Assembly (NCBI GenBank): GCA_964291235.2 | Contig: OZ219816.1 | Coordinates: 1,280,001-1,344,000, forward strand | Direction: 5' to 3' | DNA: 64,000 nt | Source: Vicinamibacteria bacterium | GTDB lineage: Bacteria > Acidobacteriota > Vicinamibacteria > Marinacidobacterales > Marinacidobacteraceae | In this document: piece by piece, positions 20,400-29,743 of the stretch | Numbering within the stretch: the stretch's first letter is position 1 | How the letters are laid out: the number at the start of each line of letters is the position of its first letter | Notes under the pieces: model-generated | The model's input: only the letters and a program-made list of their open reading frames with translations | What the model was told of the DNA's origin: nothing | Databases searched by the model: none | Made by a program: the position numbers and the translations under genes

Positions 20400-21398
20400 T
20401 CAGGGCTCGGGATTGGAGTCCGGCCAGATTCCCACTTCCCGATAGAACCGCACGGCGCCCGGATGAAAGGGTACGCCGGTGTTCCGGGGAGCGTTGTTCT
20501 CATTGATGGCCCGGCCGGCCGGGTGTTTTTCCACCACCGATGCGCGTCGTTCCCAGAGCGTGCGGGTCACCTGGTAGATGATTTCTTCGTCGGCATCCGC
20601 CCGGGTGATGACGTGCATCGACCCGACGTCGAGGCCCATGTAGTCCTCGTCCTGGCCGCGATAGGTCCCGGCGGGAACGACCGCTTCCCGATAGAACGGA
20701 AACTCCTCGGGAAGCCGGTCGCGCACCTCGGGGTCGAGGGGGACGAGCAGTGTGTCCATCCCCGCGGTTGCCTGCACGATCGAAGCGGTGGGAACCGCGC
20801 CGCCCAGAAAAGCCGCCGCCGCCGAGTCGTCGCTGAGCATGTCCACCGCTCCGGCCTGGGTGTTGTAGAGCGGAGTGAAATCCTCGTAGGTGACTCCGTG
20901 CGCCTCCACGATCGGCCTGATGAAGTGCTCGAAGCCGGCGCCCGCCACCCCGACCACGACACGTCTTCCGACGAGGTCCTGGATGCGGCTGATCTCGTGG
21001 CGGCGCGGAGCGACGAACGTCGCCACGTTCGGAGCCAGGGTCATGACGGCCTGGACGGGATACTCCCGACCCCAACCGTCTTCCCCGCGGGCCGCGAAGT
21101 AGCTCACCGCCGAGTTCGAAACCGCGAGATCGAGTTCCCCGGACGCCAGACGGCGAATGTTCTCGCCGGAGCCCTTGGTCGCCTCGGCGGTAACCCGGTG
21201 ATCCGCCTCCCCGAGGACTTCCGCGAGCGCCCCGCCAACCACGAAGAACGCCCCGCCGGGCGGCGCGGTGCCGAGGCTCAGAAACGCCGGTGCGGGGCCT
21301 TCGCCTTCTCCACCACCACACCCCCCCAGGGCGAGCAGGGGCAGACAAAGGCACAGCAGAACACGGAATCCGCGGAGACCGCGAAGATGCACGCTCAT
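20400..21398 (-). CDS. TAXI family TRAP transporter solute-binding lipoprotein
   Basis: Lipobox LGGC, GTAPPGG, ATKGSGEN and VPFHPGA. Adjacent to the fused permease. Confidence 0.9.
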   Translation of the reverse strand: MSVHLRGLRGFRVLLCLCLPLLALGGCGGGEGEGPAPAFLSLGTAPPGGAFFVVGGALAEVLGEADHRVTAEATKGSGENIRRLASGELDLAVSNSAVSYFAARGEDGWGREYPVQAVMTLAPNVATFVAPRRHEISRIQDLVGRRVVVGVAGAGFEHFIRPIVEAHGVTYEDFTPLYNTQAGAVDMLSDDSAAAAFLGGAVPTASIVQATAGMDTLLVPLDPEVRDRLPEEFPFYREAVVPAGTYRGQDEDYMGLDVGSMHVITRADADEEIIYQVTRTLWERRASVVEKHPAGRAINENNAPRNTGVPFHPGAVRFYREVGIWPDSNPEP

Positions 21399-21420
21399 CG
21401 AATCGACCGGAGCCCCGCGG

Positions 21421-22020
21421 CTACCGGGACAAAGCGGCCAGGGGGCCGGACAGCGCGTCGGCGAGATCATCGAGGGTGTCGAAACCCGATGCCCCCGGAT
21501 CCCGCGGCGAAAAGGCGAACCCCGGCAGGATGCGATCCGTGCCGTCCTCGCCGGTCCGGAGATGGCGTTTTCCCGCCTCCCCGGAAGTCACCCGGGGGAG
21601 CCGTCCGCTCTCCCCGGCCAGGAATACGAGCGCCCTTTCTCCCACCGAGAACTGGGCCGAGTGGGTGGCAATCATCCGGGTGTCCCCCACGGTTCCCCCC
21701 GGAACCCGGAAACGAACCAGGTTGCGGGCCGTCCCCTTGAAGCTCCGCTCCGCGCGGAGGGTCACGGTGGTAAAGATTTCACGGCGGTCGGTGGTCCAGG
21801 CGGAGCGCATGTCCAGGACCTCGCCGGCGACGATGGTGTCGGAGTTCTCCACCAGCTCCGAGAGTCCCGGCCAGGCGTAGGGATTCCGGAAGCGCTCGGA
21901 CTCGGGATCCTGGCCGCGCTGCGCCAGCGCCAGGGAGCCGGCCTGAACACCAACCGTTGCCAGAAGCGTGAGGGCCGAGATCGCGGCGACCCCGATCTTC
22001 AACCTGTAAGCGTTGCGCAT
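21421..22020 (-). CDS. Secreted hypothetical protein
   Basis: Signal peptide, ELVENSDTIVAGEV and PGGTVG..FSVGERALVFL, a pattern seen in conserved secreted hypotheticals. Confidence 0.65.
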   Translation of the reverse strand: MRNAYRLKIGVAAISALTLLATVGVQAGSLALAQRGQDPESERFRNPYAWPGLSELVENSDTIVAGEVLDMRSAWTTDRREIFTTVTLRAERSFKGTARNLVRFRVPGGTVGDTRMIATHSAQFSVGERALVFLAGESGRLPRVTSGEAGKRHLRTGEDGTDRILPGFAFSPRDPGASGFDTLDDLADALSGPLAALSR

Positions 22021-22076
22021 GCTTCAAGCATACCCACACGCTCCGGCCACGCGCCAGCCAGCCGCGAGCACAGCGG

Positions 22077-23501
22077 TCAGATCGGCGGCAGCTCCTCGTG
22101 CCAGGCCGTGCGTTCCTGGTAGGCGTGGGCGACCTGGAGCAACCGGTCTTCCGAAAACGGCGGCCCATAGATCTGGAGGGCGAGGGGCCGCTTCGGGGCC
22201 TCAGCGGAAAACCCGCATCCCATGGTGAGCCCGGGATAGCCGGTCATGTTTCCGATGAAGGTGTTCCCCGGCCGCGTGGTCAGCTCGTCCGGATCGGTTC
22301 CGGCCCGGACATCGCTCCGCGCCGCCGCCTCCGATCGCAGGGGATCGGCCGGCGAAAAGGAACTCGGCACGATCATGACATCGCAGTTCCGAAAGACTCC
22401 GGCCATTTCTTCCTGCAGGATGCTTCGGACCCGGAGCGCCTTGATGTAGTCGGTGGCCCGGTAGAACTTGGCAACCTCCAACCGTTCGCGTACCAGCGGA
22501 TCGAGATCCTCGGGCTGCTCCGCGAGGCGCTTCTCGTGAAACGTCGCCGCCTCCGCCATCGCGACGATCCAGCCGGCGCTTCCCGCGAGTTCGGCGTGCG
22601 GCACGTGCACCTCTACGGTTTCGGCGCCGTCCGCCGCCAGGAGCGCGATCGCCGCCCGAACCGCCTCCTGGACCTCCTCGGTCGCGTCCTCAAAAAACCC
22701 GGACGCCGGGACCCCGATACGGAGGCCGGCAACGTCGGGGGTGAGACTCCCCAGGTAGTCCGGAACCGCCACCTCGGCAGCGCTGGGGTCGCGTGGGTCG
22801 GGTCCCGCGATGGCGCCCAGCATCGCCGCCGCGTCCCAGGCGGTCCGGGTCATCGGGCCGGCATGGTCCAGCGTCCAGCTCAGGGTGGTGACGCCGAATC
22901 GGCTCACCCTCCCGTAGGTCTGTTTCAGGCCGACGATGCCGCACGCGGCTGCCGGACCGCGGATGGAGCCGCCGGTGTCGGTGCCGATGGAGAGCGGCAC
23001 CAGGCGCGCCGCGACGGCGGCGCCCGAGCCGGACGAGGATCCGGAGGGGGTGTAGTCGGTGGCCCAGGGATTTCGGGCCGGGCCGAAACCCGAGAGCACG
23101 CCGCTCCCCATGGCGAACTCGAGCAGATTCAGCTTGCCGATCAGGATCGCACCCGCCTCGTTCAGGCGCGTGGTGATCGTGGACTCGTAGTCAGGGACCC
23201 AGTCCGCGGTGGCCTTCGAGCCGTTAGTGGTGAGGATGCCCGCGGTGGCCAGGATGTCCTTCGGCGCGTACGGGATCCCGTGCAGCGGCCCCCGCCGGTT
23301 GCCGGAGGCAATTTCGGCCTCCGCCTCCCGGGCCCGCTCGCGGGCGTGGTCCGCGGTCACGGTAATGAAGGAATTGAGGGCGGGGTCCGTGGCCTCGATA
23401 TGGGCGAGGTACGCATCCACCACCTCCACCGGAGACAGGTCGCCACTCGATATCCGCTCGGAGAGCGCGCGGGCGCTGAGTTGGCAGAGGTCGGGGATCA
23501 C
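22077..23501 (-). CDS. Amidase-signature family protein (GatA-like amidase)
   Basis: GPLHGIP..KD, GSSSGS and GTDTGGSIR.PAA.CG. Confidence 0.92.
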   Translation of the reverse strand: MIPDLCQLSARALSERISSGDLSPVEVVDAYLAHIEATDPALNSFITVTADHARERAREAEAEIASGNRRGPLHGIPYAPKDILATAGILTTNGSKATADWVPDYESTITTRLNEAGAILIGKLNLLEFAMGSGVLSGFGPARNPWATDYTPSGSSSGSGAAVAARLVPLSIGTDTGGSIRGPAAACGIVGLKQTYGRVSRFGVTTLSWTLDHAGPMTRTAWDAAAMLGAIAGPDPRDPSAAEVAVPDYLGSLTPDVAGLRIGVPASGFFEDATEEVQEAVRAAIALLAADGAETVEVHVPHAELAGSAGWIVAMAEAATFHEKRLAEQPEDLDPLVRERLEVAKFYRATDYIKALRVRSILQEEMAGVFRNCDVMIVPSSFSPADPLRSEAAARSDVRAGTDPDELTTRPGNTFIGNMTGYPGLTMGCGFSAEAPKRPLALQIYGPPFSEDRLLQVAHAYQERTAWHEELPPI

Positions 23502-23809
23502 GGTGAATCTCCGGGGTCCGAGGGGCCACGCGCCGAAAAAAGCACCGGCGGCTCCACGAGATCCGGGATTTCAAGTTCCCGCACCGCCTGGAAGAAGGCG
23601 TGGTTCATCCGCACCGCCGGGAGGATCGTGGACAACCGGTCGGCGGCGAGCGGATGGTCGGTCAGGCTGTTCGCGTACTCGAGCGCCGCCACCGTGGCGC
23701 CCGCTCCGGGCTCCGGGCCGCCCGTGCAACCGCTGAGCGCGAGAGGGGCCGTCGCGGCGGCACCAAGCAGTTTCCGGCGGCTCATGGGTTTCGGATCGCG
23801 CTTGGTCAT
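23498..23809 (-). CDS. Small Tat-signal lipoprotein, GatC/AtzG-like partner of the amidase
   Basis: SRRKLL twin-arginine signal plus LSGC lipobox. C-terminal LEIPDLVEPPVLF. Overlaps the amidase start. Confidence 0.6.
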   Translation of the reverse strand: MTKRDPKPMSRRKLLGAAATAPLALSGCTGGPEPGAGATVAALEYANSLTDHPLAADRLSTILPAVRMNHAFFQAVRELEIPDLVEPPVLFSARGPSDPGDSP

Positions 23810-23947
23810 GACGGACCTCCGTCGGCGGGTGCCGGATTCGCATTCTACCGGCGTCTTCGCAGGCGGTCCGAGGCCCCGCCACCCTGACGGGGGCGCTTCG
23901 GCCGAACAAGCACGCCGCCGCGGCGGGCCGGGGTATCCTTAGCCCCC

Positions 23948-24673
23948 GTGCTGCTTCGCGAAGCGGATCGCACGGCGGTCCGGAAACATTTCGAGGACCT
24001 TGCCGGCCCCGTCTCCGTCACCCTCTACTCCCGGAAGGACGGTCCGCCCGTGGCGCCCGGCCAGATGCCCTGCGCGACCTGCCCAACGACCGAGGCGCTG
24101 CTTCGGGAGGTGGAAGATCTCTCGGAGAGCCTCACCGTCGAGGTGCGTGACATCGACAAGTCCCCGGAGACGGCGCGGGCGGCGGGGATTTCCCGCCTGC
24201 CGGCGATCGAACTGGCCGGCGTCGCGAAGGGGAGGGTCCGCTTCCTCGGCCTTCCCGACGGCCATGAGTTCGGCTCGCTGATCACCGCGGCCACCTGGGT
24301 TTCCGGAGCGCCGCTGGCGCTCTCGGGAGAGGCCGCCGAGCAGCTTGCGGCCCTTCGCCGCCCCGTCCACATCAAGGTCTTCACCACTCCCACGTGACCG
24401 TGGTGCGCCCCGGCGGCCAGTCTGGCCGTCCAGTTCGCCGTCGTCAGTCCCGCGGTAACCACCGATATCGTGATGGTTCAGGAATTTCCCGATCTGGCCC
24501 GGGCCTACTCCGTGTCTTCGGTACCGCTCACCGTGGTCGAACCCATGGGAGAAGACGCCGGGTTGGCCGGGCAGGGGACTTCGGTACTGGGCGCGCGAGG
24601 TGAGGAAGCCTTCCTCTCCGCCGTCACCGAAGTAGCCGGGCGCGGGGATTCGAGTCAGGATTCCGCATCATGA
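23948..24673 (+). CDS. Protein-disulfide oxidoreductase (AhpF-N/glutaredoxin-like), probable selenoprotein (UPWC)
   Basis: ORFs 23948..24397 and 24470..24673 are in one frame. CATC in the first Trx domain and FTTPT-TGA-PWC in the second. Hairpin at 24412-24430. Confidence 0.8.
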
Positions 24674-26175
24674 GCAGCCACCGCCCCCGGCATCCCCTCG
24701 CCGACTGGCGCCTGGATCGGCGCCGGGCGCTTCGCGTCCTCTCCGGAGGGGCGGCGCTCGCCATGGGCGCGCCGGCTTTCGGGCGAGAGGAGACGCCGCC
24801 CTTTTCCGAGGATTCGCTCGCGACCCTCGACCGGCGGCTCCACGCGGTGCGCAGACGTTTCGGGTTGCGCCGCGCCATCGGCATTCACGTGGAAGACCTC
24901 GCGACCGGGCGAGCGCTCTTCGGCCACAACCCGGACCGGAACTACGTGCCCGCCTCCGGCATGAAGTTGCCCGTGATGGCCGCCTGTCTCCACTACCTGG
25001 GGCCGAGCTATCGCTTCCCCACGAATCTCCTGGTGGACACGCCGCCGACCGAAGCCGGGGTCATCGAGGGGCCTGTGTATGTCGTCGGATCCGGCGATCC
25101 GAGCCTGAATCGGCATGACATGGACTTCATCGCGGATTCCCTCGCGGCGTTCGGGATCACCGAAATCCGCGGCGATGTCGTTCTCGACGATTCCTTCTTC
25201 GAGGCCCAGGAGACCGATCAGGCGCTCGTGAGGCGCCGGCTGCGCTACAAGGAACCCATCCAGAGCGCCCTCGGGTACCACTGGAACCGGGTGGAAGTCG
25301 CGGGGGTGCCGGGCGAGGGCGATCGACCCGACGTCCGCGACGAGGGGTATGGCTACTACGCGGTCCAAAACCGGATGGTGCTCCGCAACTCCGGGCGGCC
25401 CTACATCCTGGCGCAGCGCCGTGGAACGCGCCGGATTCGGCTTCAGGGCCGGATTCTCCGCAACGGCAACGAACGCGTCGCCCGCTTCACCGCCACCGAG
25501 CCGGCTCTCTATTTCGGGTACGCCCTCAAGGGGAAACTCGTCGCGCGCGGAGTCTCGGTCGGGGGAGAACCGCGGCGGGGGAGGGTGCCGGACGCAGGCG
25601 GGAAGCTGCTGCTCTATCGCCACGAATCCGCACCGCTCACCCAGGTCATCGAGGCGCTCGGCAAGTACAGCAACAACTGGTCCGCCGAGCAGCTCCTCTT
25701 CGCCGTGGGCGCCCACCGCTGGGGCCCCCCGGGCACCCGCGAGAAGGGGGTACGGGCCCTCGAGGAGTATCTGGTCGGACTCGGCTTCCCGGCGGACAGC
25801 TTCTCGGTGGACGACGGCTCCGGGCTCTCGAGAGAGAACCACCTGAGCGCCCGTCTTCTCGTCGCAGTGGTCCGTGATCTCTACAACCAGCCGGAACTGC
25901 GAAGCGACTTCCTCTGTTCGCTGGCCGTTTCCGGAGTGGACGGCACGCTCGCGCGCCGGCTCTGGAGCGAGGACACGCTGGGCCGGGTGATCGCGAAGAC
26001 GGGGTCGCTGAGCGGCGTCAGTTCGCTCTCCGGGGTGGCCTTCCCCATGTCCGCCGAAGACCGGGCGCTCGGTTTTTCGGTGATGACGAATGGGCTGCGG
26101 AATTCGTGGAACGGGGACGCCGTCGAGAATCTGATCGCCGCCGAACTCGTTCGTTGGGACGGCGTTACCACCTGA
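24670..26175 (+). CDS. dacB: D-alanyl-D-alanine carboxypeptidase/endopeptidase (PBP4, S13)
   Basis: PASGMK (SxxK), GSGDP, SNN, DGSGLSR and KTGSL. Confidence 0.92.
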   Translation: MSSHRPRHPLADWRLDRRRALRVLSGGAALAMGAPAFGREETPPFSEDSLATLDRRLHAVRRRFGLRRAIGIHVEDLATGRALFGHNPDRNYVPASGMKLPVMAACLHYLGPSYRFPTNLLVDTPPTEAGVIEGPVYVVGSGDPSLNRHDMDFIADSLAAFGITEIRGDVVLDDSFFEAQETDQALVRRRLRYKEPIQSALGYHWNRVEVAGVPGEGDRPDVRDEGYGYYAVQNRMVLRNSGRPYILAQRRGTRRIRLQGRILRNGNERVARFTATEPALYFGYALKGKLVARGVSVGGEPRRGRVPDAGGKLLLYRHESAPLTQVIEALGKYSNNWSAEQLLFAVGAHRWGPPGTREKGVRALEEYLVGLGFPADSFSVDDGSGLSRENHLSARLLVAVVRDLYNQPELRSDFLCSLAVSGVDGTLARRLWSEDTLGRVIAKTGSLSGVSSLSGVAFPMSAEDRALGFSVMTNGLRNSWNGDAVENLIAAELVRWDGVTT

Positions 26176-26185
26176 CCGCAGCGCC

Positions 26186-27283
26186 GTGAGGGGCATTCCC
26201 GGACTCGACCCCCCGGAGTACGTCCACTGGAAGGAGGATCCCGAACTCCTCCGCGAGTTCGGCCGGGTGTCCCTGGACGACCCCGAGCGCGCGCGCATCG
26301 TTCAGGGGCTCGACGGGCCACTCCGGCTCCGCCTCTACGAAGGCCTGGTCCGAAACCGGTTTCACGACCTTCAGTTGAAGCGGTGGGTTCGGTCCGGGGC
26401 GCTATCCAAGGCCTGGCTCGGCCCGGGTGAAGAGGCGGTGACCGTCGGAGCCTGTCATGCCCTCGAGCCGGGTGACGTCGTCGGGCCGATGATTCGCAAC
26501 ATCGGCGCCTGTCACGAACGGGGGATGAGTCTCACCTCCATGTTCCGGGGAGCCCTCGGCACCGGAGACGGACCGGCGCGGGGCAGGGATCTCCACTACG
26601 GAAACCTCGCTCGCGGCATCGTGGCGCCGATCAGCATGGTCGGTTCGCTGGTGCCGGTATGCGCCGGGATGGCGCTCGCGTTCCGGCTCCGGGGGGAGCC
26701 GCGGGTGGCTCTGACGTGGGCCGGCGACGGCACGACCGGGACCGCCGCCTTCCACGAAGGCATGGCCTCGGCGGTGGCGCTCGAGGCGCCGCTCATCGTG
26801 GTGATCCAGAACAACCGGATCGCCCTCGGCACTCCGCTGGACGACCGAGCCGAGGCGCGCCTCGCCCAACTCGGGGGCGCACACGGGATTTCCACGTTGC
26901 CCGTGGACGGCAACAACGTGCTGGACGTCTTTGCGGCCACCTGGCTTGCCCGGCAGGAGGCCCTCGAGGAGTCTCGGCCCGTCTTCCTGGTCGCGAACAC
27001 CTTCCGGATGGGCGGGCACGCCACCCATGACGAAGGCGAGAGCCGGAGAATCCTCCCCGCCGAACTCTTCGATCATCACGGGCGCCGGGATCCCGTTCGA
27101 ACCTACCGCGCCTTCTTGCAGTTGGGTGGCGCCGGAGGCGCACCGGTCGCCGCGTCGGTCCTCGATGAGATCGAGGCGCGGGTCGGGGCGGAAATCGAAG
27201 ACGCCGAACGCGAGGCGCTTGCCTCGCAACGAACCGCCCGGCCGGATCCCGCCGGGGCGGGGGAGGGGGTCTTCGCTACCTAG
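26186..27283 (+). CDS. TPP-dependent 2-oxoacid dehydrogenase E1 alpha subunit
   Basis: GEEA, GDG..(N)N TPP motif, VDGNNV, RMGGHATHD and RDP. Confidence 0.85.
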   Translation: MRGIPGLDPPEYVHWKEDPELLREFGRVSLDDPERARIVQGLDGPLRLRLYEGLVRNRFHDLQLKRWVRSGALSKAWLGPGEEAVTVGACHALEPGDVVGPMIRNIGACHERGMSLTSMFRGALGTGDGPARGRDLHYGNLARGIVAPISMVGSLVPVCAGMALAFRLRGEPRVALTWAGDGTTGTAAFHEGMASAVALEAPLIVVIQNNRIALGTPLDDRAEARLAQLGGAHGISTLPVDGNNVLDVFAATWLARQEALEESRPVFLVANTFRMGGHATHDEGESRRILPAELFDHHGRRDPVRTYRAFLQLGGAGGAPVAASVLDEIEARVGAEIEDAEREALASQRTARPDPAGAGEGVFAT

Positions 27284-27364
27284 CGACCCTCGCGAAACTG
27301 TCGCCCAGTCGCCGGTGGCAAAACCCGGGCGGCCCGGTGCTCCCGGTGGGGGCCGCGGCCGCAG

Positions 27365-27790
27365 CTAGAGGCGAGTCTTCGCGGGGAAGTGGTTCAGCCC
27401 GAGGCGCGTGGCGGTTCGGTCGGTCTGGTCCACGATCGCGGCGGCATTGATGCCGATCGCGATCACGATCGCTTCACTGATCTCTTCCTTGCTGGCTCCG
27501 AGCTTGATGGCCTTCTTCACATGGCCGTCCATACAGCCCTCGCACTTGGCGATGAGCGAGCAGGCAAGGGCGATCAGCTCCTGGATCTTCGGGTCCAGGT
27601 GCTTGTTCTCCGAAAAGTAGGTCTCCTTGTAGAACTGGCCATAAATGGCCTTCATGCGCGGCTCGAGCATCGAATAGGACGCCGGGGCCGCACCGTTCTG
27701 CTTCGGGGCGGTCTCTTTCTGCCCCCCCTTCTCGGGCTCGTAGTCGATGCCCGGAATCCGAGCCTCGGGAGCCGCTACGTTGTCCGCCAT
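27365..27790 (-). CDS. Carboxymuconolactone decarboxylase/AhpD family protein
   Basis: LDPKIQELIALA..CEGC..H..A..GAS.EEI.EA. Confidence 0.85.
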   Translation of the reverse strand: MADNVAAPEARIPGIDYEPEKGGQKETAPKQNGAAPASYSMLEPRMKAIYGQFYKETYFSENKHLDPKIQELIALACSLIAKCEGCMDGHVKKAIKLGASKEEISEAIVIAIGINAAAIVDQTDRTATRLGLNHFPAKTRL

Positions 27791-27930
27791 GCCGGGTCTT
27801 GCCTCGTGCCCGCCGCTGTCGGCCAGGACTTCGTTTCGGGGGACGGCGGGTGGGACGGCCGCTTGTCTGGCGCCGCCCGCTCAGCGCGTCGAAAGAGGAG
27901 TAACCGGGGAAGGTTAGCATCAGGTAAACG

Positions 27931-28395
27931 ATGCGGATCTTCCAATGTTCCGTGGCGCTGGCGTCACCGCTCGACGTCGTCTTCGCGTTCTTTGCGGACG
28001 CCAGGAACCTGGAGCTGCTGACTCCGCCCTGGCTCCGGTTCCGGGTCCTCAGCGAGGGAGAGATCGTGATGGGACGGGGTGCGCAGATCGACTACCGGCT
28101 GCGTCTCAGGGGTCTCCCGCTCCGCTGGCGGAGCGAAATCACCGCCTGGGAGCCACCGCACCGCTTTGTGGATGAGCAACGGGTCGGTCCCTACCGCACC
28201 TGGATTCATGAACATCGCTTCGAGATCCGGGAGGACGCGGGCAGGGGATCCGTCGTCCTCGCAAGCGACGAGGTCCACTACCAGGCGCCGGGCGGAGCGC
28301 TCGTGAACCGTTTCCTCGTGGAGCCCGACCTGAAGCGGATTTTCAGGTACCGGAGCGCCCGGCTGCGGGAGCGGTTCGGCACCCCCGGAGCGTGA
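27931..28395 (+). CDS. SRPBCC family protein
   Basis: FF..ARNLELLTPP, W.SEIT.WEPP..FVDEQ..GPY..W.HEH.F. Confidence 0.88.
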   Translation: MRIFQCSVALASPLDVVFAFFADARNLELLTPPWLRFRVLSEGEIVMGRGAQIDYRLRLRGLPLRWRSEITAWEPPHRFVDEQRVGPYRTWIHEHRFEIREDAGRGSVVLASDEVHYQAPGGALVNRFLVEPDLKRIFRYRSARLRERFGTPGA

Positions 28396-28427
28396 AACGG
28401 AGGTCTGCGTCCGGGCCGGGGATCCGA

Positions 28428-28443
28428 TGTCGGCGCGCCGACA
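28428..28443. promoter_or_regulatory. 16-bp palindrome TGTCGGCGCGCCGACA (parS-like), copy 1
   Basis: Perfect palindrome. The 21 bp 28423-28443 are identical to 61905-61925 in the parB 3' end. Confidence 0.5.
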
Positions 28444-28644
28444 ATGCGCGTGAGACCCGGTGGGCCGGGTGAGCGAAGGGGCGGACGGCTGCGGCGCCGC
28501 GAGGAGGAAGGCACGCGGGCGGTACGCCGTTCCTGGGCGTTCTGCAGGCACACGGTCGCAACATTGACGGTTCCCCCTCGGGTTTCCGCTGTCGCGGGAC
28601 GTAGGGGTGGAGAGCGATGCGCTGTCCGCGGGCCTGCGGCCCGC

Positions 28645-28672
28645 TGTGCCGATCTGGAGATCGGCGTTCCCG
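28645..28672. repeat. REP-like hairpin (GCCGATCT-GG-AGATCGGC-GTTCCC)
   Basis: Intergenic stem-loop of REP-like form. Only one copy seen in the window. Confidence 0.4.
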
Positions 28673-28787
28673 TGCCCCCGCGCCACGAGGCCGGTCGGAG
28701 GCGCCCACCGGGAGAACTGACCGGCGCTCCTACATCGCGTCTGCCTCTCGGGCCCGGGGTTCGGTTCGTCCCAATCATTCACGAAAT

Positions 28788-29060
28788 CCGCTGACGCGAC
28801 TCCGAGCCCGCGCGCTTATCGGATGCCGTGGTAGCGGCTTCGGATAAGCGCCGCGTCATTATCGGATGTCGCGGCGGGCTCTCGGGCGCGGAATCGTGGT
28901 CTGATCATTATCGAAGGCCGCTGACGCAACTTCGGGCCCGCGCGCGCTTATCGGATGCCGCGGCAGCGGCTTCGGATAAGCACCGCGTCATTATCGGATG
29001 TCGCGGCGGGCTCTTGGGCCGGATTTCGGTGTCTGATCATTATCGAAAGCCGCTGGCGCG
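28788..29060. repeat. Two ~131-bp tandem repeats rich in XerC-arm-like 11-mers, abutting attL
   Basis: Units start at 28788, 28918 and (partial) 29050. Each contains TTATCGGATGC, GCTTCGGATAA, TTATCGGATGT and TTATCGAA(A/G)GC. Confidence 0.8.
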
Positions 29061-29383
29061 ACTTCCGATAATGATGCTTCCCTTGGCTTCGCGACTTCCG
29101 ATAAGGATGAGTACGGTCGAGCTGCCACCGCGTGTTTTGAGGGAGGTGGAACGGGAGGGGCGGGGCCCGTGGTGGTGCTTTCAGGGAGCGCAAAGAGGGC
29201 GGCGAGGCGCACCGGATCTTCGGCAAGAGAGAGGCGGGCGCGACGGGCGTGCCGTGGACGCGATTGCGGTGTGTCCGGCACGCAGCTCGGGCAAGGCGCG
29301 ACAGCGGGGGAGCCATCGGGGCGAGGTGAGGTCACCCAACAGGTGTCTCCGCAGCCCGGGCAGTCTTTCGGTAGAGTTGTCAT
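28991..29383 (-). CDS. 5' (N-terminal, CxxC..CxxC) fragment of the split putative replication initiator
   Basis: Reads through attL as ...REASLSEVA. The same peptide in the same phase begins the right-end ORF at attR. Confidence 0.7.
   Translation of the reverse strand: MTTLPKDCPGCGDTCWVTSPRPDGSPAVAPCPSCVPDTPQSRPRHARRARLSLAEDPVRLAALFALPESTTTGPAPPVPPPSKHAVAARPYSSLSEVAKPREASLSEVAPAAFDNDQTPKSGPRARRDIR
29061..29088 (+). other. attL: dif-like site with intact XerC arm and spacer, degenerate XerD arm
   Basis: ACTTCCGATAA-TGATGC-TTCCCTTGGCT. A second XerC arm follows at 29094-29104. Confidence 0.8.
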
Positions 29384-29503
29384 CAGCCGATCGGAGGGAT
29401 CGGTTAGCGGCTCGCCGGGTGTTTATCTTTTCCCGGCGGGTCCGCGCCTGACGGTATCACGCGAACGGGACTAGAATCCGGAGGTGTTGGGTCCGAAACC
29501 CTG

Positions 29504-29743
29504 ATGGCATACACGCTCGATACCGCCGCCGCCACGGAACGGCTCATTGCCGCTGGTGCGGATCCTGCGGTGGCGCGCGCGATCGTGACCGAGGTCGCCA
29601 GCGCGGATGATGCGCACCGGGCGGATCTGGCCACGAAAGCCGATCTCCTCGTGCTGGAAGTCCGCCTGGTGAAGTGGGGGATCGGAATTGCGCTTGGCGG
29701 CGCCGGGGTTCTCTTCGCCCTGTTGCGCTTCACCGGCGGGTAG
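29504..29743 (+). CDS. Small coiled-coil/TM protein (DUF1640/CCDC90-like)
   Basis: DT....L.AAG..A.AIV....DLATKADL..LE.RL.KW plus a C-terminal TM helix. Paralog at 31031..31333. Confidence 0.7.
   Translation: MAYTLDTAAATERLIAAGADPAVARAIVTEVASADDAHRADLATKADLLVLEVRLVKWGIGIALGGAGVLFALLRFTGG

Noticed and set aside
22077-23501. gatA of the GatCAB amidotransferase
   Set aside because: No gatB is adjacent and the partner has an export signal, so it is more likely a catabolic amidase.
29057-29079. tRNA/tmRNA-derived att site
   Set aside because: No tRNA structure or CCA end at either junction. The sequence fits the 11-6-11 dif pattern.
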